DNA of 63,875 nucleotides from contig RBNJ01000015.1 of NCBI GenBank assembly GCA_003990765.1, positions 1-63,875 of the forward strand. The letters are read 5' to 3'. Positions 1-11,463 of the stretch are shown in pieces. Under the pieces are notes generated by a model. That model searched no databases, was not told the DNA's origin, and saw only the letters and a program-made list of their open reading frames with translations. The position numbers were made by a program, and so were the translations under genes. Numbering within the stretch: the stretch's first letter is position 1; each line of letters opens with the position of its first letter. Source of the stretch: Jimgerdemannia flammicorona (Eukaryota).

Positions 1-1187
1 TTAATAGACTCATAGTCTTACAGATTTTTATTGGAAGGAAACCTAGACTATATAGGCCAAAACCCTCCCCCACTACCCACTGAACAATATCCCCCCATTA
101 ACCTAGGCTACTAAATTGTCCAGCAGTCCCACTGCTCCAGCTATACCTGTTGAACACTGGCTATGTCAACCCCCATGACATATACTAGACATGTCTGCTC
201 ACCAGGGCTGGATCATCATTTACACATGAGAGCACACCTATGCGTCAGATCTAGCAGCACCAGGACTAAATAAAGAATAGCCCCCCAAACCTCAAAAGAA
301 AGCCTGAGGCAAAGAAAAAACCCCCCAATCAATCAACAGAGAGCAAAGCAGATTCAAAGTGGGTGAGTAAAGGACTTATATATAGCACCTTCCTCAAAGG
401 ACTTACACATGGGCTAGGGCCTGAAAAGACTCCACTCCCACTCTCCGAGCCTGCAGGCCTTGATTACATTACCATATCAGCTCTCAGTTCCAGTTGGGTA
501 CTGCCAAATGAGGAAGGCCCCACTCCCCAAGCCTGCAGGCCTCAATTGTATTGCTGCATCAGCTCTCAGTTCCAGTTGGGTACAGCCAGAATACTGGCCC
601 CTGCACCACTCCACCCCCCACCAACCAATCAAAAGGCCTCACTGAAATATTATCTGCCTCAGCCCCAATGACTGCCCTCAGTCTGATACCCCACTGGTCT
701 ACCATTATCACCCATCCTCCTATCTGTGATGGCCATCTCCCCTCCCATCTCAACAACATCCAAAAAACAGTCACCTATGCCAGAATCACACTCGCCAGGA
801 TGCTCACTAAAGCCAGAGGGCCCCACCACAGATACCAAGGACCTGCAGATAACCTACACTGAGCACTTGACACCCAAGGTCAGCCAACTCCCTACATAAT
901 CCATGACATACTGAGACAGCACCTTGTTGGCAACAGCAAAAGGAAGAAGGCACTGCACCAAAACAGATATACTCCAGATGTAGCTAAAGGCATCAGAAAC
1001 TACAAAAAAGTAGAGAAGACACTGATCCGACATCAATAAAGGGGCAACTTATCACTATTGCCCTCCTCCCACTATACCCATACAGATATAGCAAACCAAC
1101 CCAAGGTAGAGGGGGTAATAATAGGGGAAAGGAGACTCAGAAGGTCACCTACCAAACCTTGTGACCAGTAAGGTAGTGGAGAAAGGG
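1..1187 (-). mobile_element. ~1.2-kb non-autonomous poly(A) retroposon (SINE-like), copy 1, inserted into the 3' LTR of Gypsy family A
   Basis: Homologous to 57798-58965 over ~620-1187 and ~1-130. Both copies share the 5' end (minus strand CCTTTCTCC[A/G]CTACC) and the 3' end AATAAAAAT...GAGTCT[A/G]TT(A)n. No recognisable ORF. Confidence 0.7.
435..595. repeat. Internal tandem duplication of a ~65-bp module, with an ~82-bp period
   Basis: ccactc..c.agcctgcaggcct...tcagctctcagttccagttgggta occurs at ~438-500 and ~520-582. The second retroposon has a single copy at ~58220-58285. Confidence 0.8.
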
Positions 1188-1189
1188 TC

Positions 1190-2168
1190 ATATATATCAT
1201 ATGTTTTGCATACTTCATACATATTGTAAAGGATAACATCATCACTAATGATATCATCACATTTAGCGGTAGCAGAGACTCTCCAATCTATGAGGTTCTC
1301 TTCCACAAAATAAGAAACAAATGTAGAGTCTTGGGGAGATCTAACCTGGATGCTGGGGCCTTGAAATGCTAAGATCAATTGTTGCAGAAATTGATCAGGA
1401 TTGTCCTCAAGAATGAAATTTCAGAATTCTCCTACCTCATTACTGTTGAGAGTAATAGTAGACTGGGTTTCTGTGGCCACCATGGCCTCTAGTGTATTAG
1501 TATAGTAGACTGACAGTTCCTTGAAATCTGAGATCCTAGTGTACTCTAAGTTGGGAATTGATCATAGTGTATACCTGAAGACCTGGTAAATCTTCTTAGC
1601 TATCCTTATTTCACATACATCTATGGAGGTGATATCTTGTATTTCTTAGTGACTAGTCTGAGGGAATTTCCAGTAGAGGAGGTATTCTATTTTATACTCC
1701 TACCATATCCAGAGGCATTCAGTAGTGATAGTGATCCTTGTTTCTATTTCATAGTAGTAGAAGATATAATGATAGGAGTCACTAGTACTCAGGTTGATGC
1801 TAGGAGTCCTTCTTGTATGGGTCCTTGTAGCTCTTCTGATATCTTAGAACATCTTTTCCTGGACTGAGGGGTCTTAGTGGTTTCTGAACCTTGAGGTTTG
1901 GTAAGCAGCAGGCATTTTGTTTATAGTAAGTCTTTAGAACTATTTCTGTGAGCTTTGTTTGGATTGCTACTACTGTGGTTTCTTGATTCTTCTTTTATAT
2001 TTCTTGAGATGTCTGTCTTATGGTCACAATAACTCACAGTTGGTCATTATTGCTCATCTTATAGTCTGGATAAATTATGCCATATAATCTTCTTGTGCTT
2101 TGATCTGGTGACTTGTAAGAAAAGACTGTCTCCTATGCTGATATCATTATTCTAAGATCACTATTATA
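1190..2168 (-). repeat. 3' LTR of family A copy 1, interrupted at ~1188 by the retroposon
   Basis: Colinear with 8460-9439 and preceded by the polypurine tract. Confidence 0.9.
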
Positions 2169-2559
2169 TCTTCCTCCTAGATAAGGATCTTCTCTTGAAT
2201 GTTCTTATTTATTGGTTCAGTTCTGAAAAATTTGCTGATCCTATAACCTCTAGTAGGGGGTTGAAAAGTGGTACTTATGGACTAGTGTCTTCTCTATATA
2301 TTTTGGTGTAATGGTGAAGAATTGCTCCTTTCATATAGAGCAAGGGTCTGATTCTGATCTTGACCAATCAGTTGACAGTTTGAACTCCTCTGGCTTCAAA
2401 AGTCTCATGGATAAGTAGTTGCTAGTACTGTATCTCTTAGAGAATGGTCCAGACAGATTACTTACTAGTTATGAGATATGCTATTATGATTTGTGGACTA
2501 GAACCTCATAGGCAGTCATCATATTTTGCTTCTCTTAGATAGGTTTATGATACTTCTTA

Positions 2560-5500
2560 AGTCTGTTCCTATATACTATAGTAGGCAGTATGGTCTCTGA
2601 GAGTTTTTTAGGCCAGAAGGTAGTTATCTTGATATCTTGCACATAGAAGAGTCCTTCTCATTTGAGCTCCAGTTTTCATAACTATGAGACTTCTACTATA
2701 TTTCAGTATAGTAGGATCTTTTCTCCAATTTAGATGGGTTCTAGGGTTTTGTAATTCTTCTCTACATTCTTCTTTGTCAGCACTTGTAACTTGATGATAT
2801 AATCTTCAGCCTTCTTTCTGATTTAGTATAGTCTCTAGATTTCTGAGTCAATCTGTCTCCAAGTTAAGTCTAGATTTATGACTGAGGTTCCATCAGAATC
2901 TTCTTCTCTAAAGAGCAGTTCTCTTAGGGTAAAGTATATACTCTGTAATCATATATCTCATAGAACAGAGAGGGCAGTTGGGAGATAGTTATCCCAATTG
3001 TCATATGTGTCTGAGATCTTCACCAGAATGTTCTTGAGAGTCTTGTTGGTTCTCTCTATCTGTCTATTTCCTTGAGGGTAGTATGCAGTGGTCTTGATAT
3101 ACTGAATCTTATATTTCTAATACATTATCTCATAGAATCCATTGACAAATTCTGTGCCACAGTCTGTGGTGATTTTCTTTGGTGTCTTGTAATGGCAGAT
3201 GATTTCTTGGTACAAAAAGTCAGCTATAGAGAGAGCATTGGCTTTTTGTAATACTCCTGCTTCTATTCATTTAGTAAAGAGGTCTATAATAACTATAATA
3301 TAGTAGTTTCCTGATAGTATCACTGATAGCAGTTTAATAATATCCATTGTGATATAGTAGAAGAGGATAGGCTTGATTCTTGATGACCTAGATATCTGGT
3401 CTTGCTGATCTTATTTCTGTTTTTAGTACTTATCACACTCTTTAACAAATTGATATAGGTCTTCTTTTATCTTAGGTCACTACATAGTTCTTCTTGCTTT
3501 ATTGTATATGTTGGTTCCTTCTAGGTATCCTTGTTTGTGTACTTCCTTCATTACTTGATACTTCTTATATTCAGGTATTATAAGCTTTCCTCCTTTTCTG
3601 AGTATGGTGTTGTCTAGTTCAAATTGTTTTCAAGTTTAGTTGATAATAGTAATAGTCTAGGGTTTGAAGTAATTGGGCATCTTCTACTGCCCAAAATAGC
3701 TGATTAATCCATAGTATAGCTCCTTATTTATATTGAAAAGTCTTGATGGAGGTGTTTTGAGGTATCCTTGAGAGTGTATCAGTATTGACATTAGTTCTTC
3801 CTGGGTGGTGCTTGACAGTACAGTCATACTCTTGCAGTCTGTAGATCTATCTAGTATATATTCCTTTGAGGTTCAGAGTATGGAATAGCCAGACAAGAGC
3901 AGAATAATCTGTTCAAATAGTAAAGTGTTTCTTAGCTAGGTAGTAGTGGAACTTATCTACTGCTTAAACTACTACTAAGTATTCAAGCTTATATGACTCA
4001 TAGTTCTGTTCTGCTCCATGGATACCTCAGCTTATATAGGAGATGATATATTCATGTCTATCTTTCTTCTGAGCTAGAACTACTTCAAGTTCTATAGCAT
4101 TTGTATCTGTCTACAGGATGAACTCTAGATTCCAATCTGGTTTTCTGAGGATGGGCACTTAGGTGAACTTGATCTTGAGTTCATTGAAGGTTTTTTGATA
4201 TTCCTTAGTCTATTTGAATTTGGTTTCCTTCTTCAGTAGCTCATAAATAGGTGCTGCAATATTAGAGTATCCTTTGATGAATCTTCTGTAGTAGGAGGCC
4301 AGTCCAAGGAAGACATGGACTTCTGTAGTTGTTCTGGATCTTGAGTAGGCTGCAACAGTCTCAATCTTCATGGGGTCTGTGTGAATTCCAGTCTGGTTGA
4401 TAAGATGTTCTAGATAGATGATTTCCTGAGCTGCAAACTTATACTTCTTAGGCTTGATATAGAGACCATGCTCCTTGAGCTTCTTGAGAGCTAGTTGTAT
4501 ATAGTTGACATATTTCTGTATAGTGTTGCTGAAGATAATCATATCATCAATATAGACAAAGAGCTATTTTCCAATCTCATTGCTGAAGACTCTGTTCACC
4601 ATTCACTGAAAACTTGCTGGGGCATTATACATTCCAAATGATATTTGCAGATAGACAAGATAGTATCAGGTATGATTAGGGCTGATTTCTTACTAGCATC
4701 TTGAGTGAGACTAATCTGATAGAAGCCTGAGAATAGATCCAAGGTAGTGTAGTATTTGACTTCACTTTCAAGAGTGGTAAAGATTTCTTAAATATTTTGC
4801 AAGAGCTGCCTATCTTTCTTGGTAATTACATTGAGCTTTCTGTAATCAATGCAGAGTCTTGGGGCAAACTCTCCAGGCTTACTTCCTTTCTTTGGGGTGA
4901 GGACAATAGGTGAAGCCTAGGGGCTGATAGCTTGCTTGATAATTCCAGCTTCTTCTATTTTCTTGAGTTCTGCTTGCAGCCATTCTCTATAGGCAGATGG
5001 TATAGGTCTGGCTTTCTGGTAAATGGGCTTAGTATTACTAGTGTCAACTTTATAGTAATACTTGAGTTCTTGATTGTAGATATCTCTGAAGTCTGTGGCA
5101 AGTACTTCTTTGTTCTGGTATAGGATCTTAAGAAGTTGTTCTTCTAGAGAAAAGTTTTCTCCAATAGTATATATGTACTTATTCTGGTCCTTGCTTTCTT
5201 GTGCTCAAGTTCAGTAATCTTGATAGTAGTATAGACTCCTCTTTCAGTAGATCCAAAGCCTTGTACTCCTCTCTTAGTCTTGATGAGTTCAATGGCTTCA
5301 GTGATCTTGGGCTTCTTAACTTCATAGATCAGTATCTGGCCAATTCTATATACTTTTTGACTTTGAATGAGGTAGTGGGGTTATGATTCTTAACTATGAG
5401 GAAGATCTCACCAGTGTAATCAGGATCAATTACTCTTCCTTCAACTGAGATTTCACTTTTGGCCAGACTGCTTCTGGTCTTGATAATTCTGACATGGTTC

Positions 5501-6400
5501 TCTAATAACTTGACTCCAATTCCAGTACCAAGTAGAGTAGTGGTCTGTAGTTCAAGGGTAGTATCTTGAATACTGGCAAGATCTATTCCTATAGCTCCTT
5601 CAGTCTTGTATTCTGAGATCTTAGCTTCAGGGTAAAACTTCTTAACCTTGAGGGTGATGTCTGGTTCTTATTTCTTCTCATTATCACTATTAGCTTGAAG
5701 CTCTGGGGACTGGTCATCTTCTTTGGCTTCCCTTTTTGCTTCAGCAGCTTCTTGCTTATGCTTTTGTTAGTGGATTTTCCTGACTTCACTAATACAGGAC
5801 CAGTAGTCATTCAGGTATTCAGAGCAGTACATTCTAGTACTATGGGGGCATCTTCCTTGAGGGGCATAGCTATTGATGATTTTATTATACCACTGCTTAT
5901 CTGTGAGCTTAGGTGTTTTGCTCTTGTTCTTGTACACTGAGTGCATAAAGACTTCTATGTCTTTCTCATCTTCTTTCTCTATGTCTGGTAGTACTCCTTT
6001 GTGGACATTGATAGAGACTTATATCTTTCTTCCTCTATAGTTAATCTGCATCTTCTGGATATTAAGATCAATGACAGCTTTAGCCTTATGAAGCCATTGG
6101 TTGCCAATGAGGATATCATAGTTAGTGGCACTTGTAACAATCATGTCTACTGAGATAATAGCTCCTCCTATCTTGATGGATACTTCTCAGATCTTGTCTA
6201 GAGGGGTAGCTTATATGCCATCTACTGTAACATAAACTATCTTGATGGACTCTTCAATATCTCAGCCTAGACAGTCAATTGCCTTCTTGCTCATGAGATA
6301 TTCTCTAGCACTGGTATCAATGATGGCATCAAAGATACAATCTTTGATCTGATATGTAGTATAGGCTGATATCTTGTGCTGATCTTCAGATTCTTTTCCT
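2560..6400 (-). pseudogene. Family A pol (protease, Cys/His-rich spacer, dUTPase, RT, RNase H, integrase)
   Basis: ORF fragment 4210-4542 is the RT C-terminus. Other motifs are readable across stop codons. Confidence 0.9.
5340..5640 (-). pseudogene. dUTPase domain in family A pol
   Basis: Reads ...KTEGA(A)GIDLASIQD...LGTGIGVKL..NH(A)(G)IIKTRSSLAK.EISVEG(G)VIDPDYTGEIFLIVKN, covering dUTPase motifs 1-3. Confidence 0.9.
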
Positions 6401-7868
6401 GAGTCTTTGAATTCTTCTTGTACATTGTAAGCTTCTATAATCTTGTACTCTTGATTCTTGGCAATAGTTGTAAGTTCTACTATTAACTGCTATCTAAAGG
6501 CAGGAACTCCAGCTAGTTGTCCAAAAGTAACATTGACCTTCTATTCCTTGAGGTCCTTATAGATATCATACTAATGGATCTTAGTCTTGTGTATCTTCTG
6601 TTCCTTCTTGCTTTCACTTTCTCTTGAGACTGGAGTAGTGTCTTCAATTATTTAGTAGGCAGCTTCATCTAACTTCATATCTTGATCAATCTCCTCAAGT
6701 TGGATCTTGCTTTGAATAGTGATAGCTAGGGGTCTTTTTTGGTCTTCCAACTGGCTTACTGTTGCCCTTCTTATCATAGAGCTTGGACCAGGTTCTGGAA
6801 TCTTCAGTAATAGGGTAGAATTCAGACTCCTTATAATATTCTTCATCATCAGTATCACTAATCTCCTTGATGACTATTGTATTGATTTGTTCTCTGGTTC
6901 TAATAGTATTGCTAGATTGGATCATACATTTTGTTTCAGTTATGTAACTCTTTGTATAGTGACCTTCTTCTCCATATCTAAAGTATATGATATTGCATTC
7001 TTCTGTAGCAACTACAAATCTCTGTACTGGTCTCCTTTTGATACTTCAGACTTCTCTAATAATATCACCAAGGTGTATAGTTATCTCAGCAAACTGCTTG
7101 GTAAGTTCCTCCACTGAATCAGCTTTGGCTATCTTGAGAGTAGGTGGGGATAGTTGTCTGTTTATAACTGTGGTAGATATGATACTGGTTAGCTTTGATG
7201 GCTCTATTTTGATGCCAGTTATTTTCTCTATTGAGTGTTCAGCAGAGTATCTGGCAGTCCAATATCTCTATACAAAGACTACTTTCTGATCAAGAGTCAG
7301 AGTAGCTGGGATAGACTGGATTACTAGGGTAATTTTAGGGTAAACTTCTTTGAGGAAGGTTGAATCTGCTATTTATTTCTTAAGAGTATTATCATAGCTA
7401 GCCAAGACAATCTGGTGATAGATTTGAATATAGAATAAGTTGAGATCTTTACTAAGTCTCTGATAGATAGGTTGAGTTGATCCTTGAGAGCTTGCTTGAT
7501 CTCTTCAGTATAGTATATATATAGTTCTGAGGAAGGTCTTTATATTGGTAAGTTTGGCTGTACTAGCATCAGTAATAGTAGCTACATTGAACTTATCTCT
7601 GACAAGTCCTCTGAGGCTGACTAGTAGAAGGACTAATTGTACATCTACACTAAGAGCTTGTATGGTAGCAAATTATTCAAAGTCTTCAATAAAGGTCAGG
7701 ATTGACTCTTCAGTAGTATATCTATAGAATATAGAGGGATGTATTTCCATCTTATCTTGTTCTTGTAGGGGTAACTCTTGTAGTCAGAGTAGTTGTTATG
7801 GTAGTTATTCATTTTTCAGCTTGAAAGTGAGGGATTCATCTTGAATCACCAGTCAATGGATACTAAGT

Positions 7869-9439
7869 TGTTACATAGTAGTCACTGAGTCCTTCAAATG
7901 TATCAGATTCTCTCTAAGGTATATCTCTTAGACTAACTACAAGTTTGTTATAAGTAAGTTTTTATTGAAGTATCTTCCCAAGGTCTTATAGTCCTTAAAC
8001 TTCTTATCTTTAAACTGTCTTATTATCTCTTAGATTACTTATATGGAATTGAGAGTAAGTAAACTTGACTGACTTTATTCTAAAGAAAATAAGAGGGATA
8101 TTTATATAAAATATAATTTGATGGTTGCTAAGTTATAAAGCTAAATATAAATTCCAATAACCAAATAAAATACTGGAACATAGAAAACTACAGTTGTAAG
8201 TATAAGTTCAAGTATATGTACAAATAGTTGCATAAGTTCAGGATATTAGTAGAATTTCAGTAATCTAGGAAAAGGATATCAGAAGAATTTCTAGGTTATA
8301 CAAGATCAGAATGTCAGAAGAATAACAATTATATAAGAAAAGAATACTGGTAGAATCCAGTATTACTAAGAACTTAAAGCAGAATATTCAGATTCATGAG
8401 TACTTCATCTTCATCATTGCTGAAGGAGATGAGATCTATAAACATTTCATTCATCTCATTGCATATGTCATGTATTTCATATACTTCATGTATGTTATGT
8501 GGAATGATATCATTACTGATGATATCATCACATTTGGCAGTAGCAGAGACTCTCCAATCTATAAGGTTCTCTTCCACAAAATAAGGAACAAATGTGGGGT
8601 CTTGGGGAGATCTAACTTAGATGCTGGGGCCTTGGAATGCTGAGATTAATTGTTGCAGAAATTGATCAAGATTGTCCTCAAGGATAGGATTTCAGAATTC
8701 TTCTACCTTATCACTGTTAAGGATAATAGTAGACTGGGCTTCTGTGGCCACTATAGTCTCTAGTATATTGGTATAGCAGACTGATAGTTTCTTGAAGTCT
8801 GAGATCCTAGTATACTTTAAGTTAGAGATTGATTACAGTATATGTCTGAAGATCTGGTGAATCTTCTTGGCTATCCTTATTTTGCATATATTCATGGGGG
8901 TAGCATCTTGTATTTCTTGGTAACTAGTCTGAGGGAATTTCCAGCAGAGGAGGTTTCCTATTTCATACTCCTGCTATATTCAGAGGTATTTAGTGGTAAT
9001 AGTGATCCTTGTTTTCATTTCATAATAGTAGAGGATATAATGATAGGGGTCATCAGTATCCAGGTTGACACTAGGAGTCCTTCTTGCATAGGTCTTTATA
9101 GCTCTTCTGATGTCTTGGAACATTCTTTCCTAGACTGAGAGACCTTGGTGATTCCTGGACCTTGAGGTTTACTAAGCAGTAGGTATTTTGTTTATAGTAA
9201 GTCTTTAGAACTATTTCTGTAAGCTTTGTTTGGATTACTGCTACTACAGTTCCTTGATCCTTCTTTTATATTTCTCAAGATGTCTGTCTTATGGTCACAA
9301 TAACTCATAGTTAGTCATTATTGCTCATCTTATAGCCTAGATAAATTATGCTATATGATCTTCTTGTACTCTAATCTGGTAGCTTGTAAGGAAAGGCTGT
9401 CTCCTGTACTGATATCATTATTCTGAGATTACTGTTACA
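7869..9439 (-). repeat. 5' LTR of family A copy 1 (1571 bp)
   Basis: TG...CA termini; TATAAAAG box at ~9270 on the minus strand; matches 1190-2168, 34857-35402, 39390-40895 and 41322-42321. Confidence 0.9.
8374..9186 (-). pseudogene. LTR-embedded ~270-codon ORF of unknown function
   Basis: 813 bp (271 codons) from AAA-ATA to TAA. The ATG is intact in the 3' LTR copy at 1915. The frame can be restored by comparing LTR copies, and stops differ between copies by transitions. Confidence 0.7.
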
Positions 9440-10182
9440 CTGTATTTGTAACTAAAAATTACTCTAATATATCTTAGAGTACTTTTGTATACTATTTGCA
9501 GTATAATATTTCTCTGCTTTAAATTTCATATTATTCTTAAATAAAATATTTAACATTAGCTTATATAGAATAGCAAATAAATCTCAATAGAATAGTATAT
9601 ATTCACAAGTCCAAGTTTTGAACATATGAGTGATGTTAAAATTTTTGTAATTGAAAGACTAATTTGAAAAAGAGAATTATTAATTATTTATCAATTTAAT
9701 AGGAATATTAACTATTTAATTATATATTACTCTATTTTTAGCTACTATATCTAAAAGTTTTATCATCTCTCTTAAGTTTATAAACTGAAGGAGCCTGTTT
9801 ACTATTGAAATTCTTCTATTTGCAAATATATTAAAAAGTTTATTTGCAATCTTTTGGAATATATTTCCACTTCAAAACAATAGATTTGTGAGTCAAATTT
9901 CTCTATCATTCTTCCAAACATATAAAGGATTGTTTATGTTAGTTATAGGTATTTATCTAAGTTTAGAAATAAATTTATTATCCTATATAAGTACTTCCTT
10001 GCTGTTAATAATCTAACTATTAGTTAGTTTATATATAATATAATCCTTACTAAACTCCAATATAGTAGATGGGCTTCTCTAATCTTGAAGTAAATTATTA
10101 TTATTGCTGAAAAATAGACTTTTCTGTTCTTGAATTGAAGATAAGTCATCACTGCTAATATTATCTTGAATTATATATATAT
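9440..10182 (-). mobile_element. AT-rich decayed coding fragment, possibly a Plavaka/CACTA-like transposase
   Basis: Minus-strand remnant NPLYVWKND.EI.LTNLLF.SGN..QKIANKLFNIF...LLQFIN.REMIKLLD. The family assignment is weak. Confidence 0.3.
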
Positions 10183-10944
10183 TGTAACAAGCAATAGAAT
10201 TGTACGACCAAAATCATAAATTAGCCATATACTATATTTAGTACACTAAGCAACCAAGACTGCTTTATTATGCTAATCTGTATAATTAGCCAGAGATATC
10301 AGAAATAGTATATTTATCTATACCAAGTAGGTATACCATACCTAGTAGATATACTGTACCATCTAGAAATACTTACTATAGATAGCAATCTATAGTTAAT
10401 AATATAGTAACCAGTAGCAACCACAACTATATAAAATATTCCAGAGATAAGAGTGAATAAACCTCAGTCTGAAATTTGAACCCAAAGCAAAAGACAAGTC
10501 TATCTACTATACTTTGAAAGAAACTCTATAGCCACTGCTAGGAGATTATAAGCTTTGCCATTTCTATTTTCACTCCAGTCCACTTTCCAATACAAAGCCT
10601 GAAGGAATCCACTAAGTTCAAGAAAGAACTTTACTGCCATTTGAGTAATTCACTACTTAAGAAATAAGCTACTATTTTCAAGAGAAATCTACTATCTTGT
10701 TATAAAGCCAGTTTATTGATATAACTTCATAGTGATTCTTATGCAAATAAAGCCAGTCTTGATGTAACTTTGTCAAGAGAAGAGAATCTGAGTTATTTCT
10801 CAGAAGTCCACTAATTCAGAAAGAATCTACATCACCTAAATTATCTACTACTAAGATATTTATCTATTCTCAGTGAGCTCAGTACAGAAGAACCTATGCC
10901 ACTCTCTATTCTTAATAAACTGCTAATTCAGGAAGAATCTATGA

Positions 10945-11005
10945 CATCTGAGTTATTCAAGTTATTCAAGTTATCTGAGTTATTTGAGTTATCTGAATTA
11001 TTCAC
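10945..11005 (+). repeat. 9-bp tandem repeat (GAGTTATCT-like) in the family B LTR
   Basis: gagttattc/aagttattc/aagttatct/gagttattt/gagttatct/gaattattc. Fewer units at ~33578-33600. Confidence 0.8.
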
Positions 11006-11445
11006 TACTAGTATAATTCTCAATAAATCAATTCAGAAGAATCTATAACATTTAAGAAGTCTACCAATTTAAGAGAATCTATACCAAATTGAGTTATCTA
11101 CTAGAAATCATATACTTTTAGAGATCACTATTACCTAAGAAGGAAAACTACTAAATTGCAAGATAATCATATATAAGGAACCTGTATACTTTTGAAGATT
11201 ATCATGCTATATCAAAATCATCTACCATATATACAAAACACCACTATATCTAGAGAACTATCCCAATAAGAAAATTGATATACAATTTGCTTACAGATAT
11301 CTAGCTTTGACTATTATATCACTAAATACTAACAAGAAAACCAAGAATATTTTATTACTTTTAACAAAGTAACTGGGGGCTCAAGCCAAACTATATCAAT
11401 CTTCAATCTTATAATTTACCTCTATTGAGCTGAGCACATCACATT

Positions 11446-11463
11446 TGGGGGCTCAACTGAGAA
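11446..11463 (+). promoter_or_regulatory. Primer-binding site, probably tRNA-Pro
   Basis: TGGGGGCTCAACTGAGAA lies 2 nt after the LTR end; copy 2 reads TGGAGACTCAACTAGGAA at ~19488. Resembles the MLV PBS-Pro TGGGGGCTCGTCCGGGAT. Confidence 0.75.

Larger units (their letters stand above)
1190..9439 (-). mobile_element. Ty3/Gypsy LTR retrotransposon family A, copy 1 (degenerate): LTR-gag-PR-dUTPase-RT-RH-IN-LTR
   Basis: 5' LTR 9439-7869 (TGTAACAG...TGTAACA). 3' LTR starts at 2168 after a polypurine tract (AGGAGGAAGA). Motifs: protease AIIDT(S)A ~6320, RT FVYIDD ~4555, FLGLASYYRRFI ~4300, integrase core ~3000-3400. Many stops caused by transitions. Confidence 0.93.

Noticed and set aside
1637-1867. 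Recurrent + strand ORF TSLREFP.EE (also 8842 and 34869)
   Set aside because: It is the antisense shadow of the LTR-embedded minus-strand ORF and recurs only because the LTR does.
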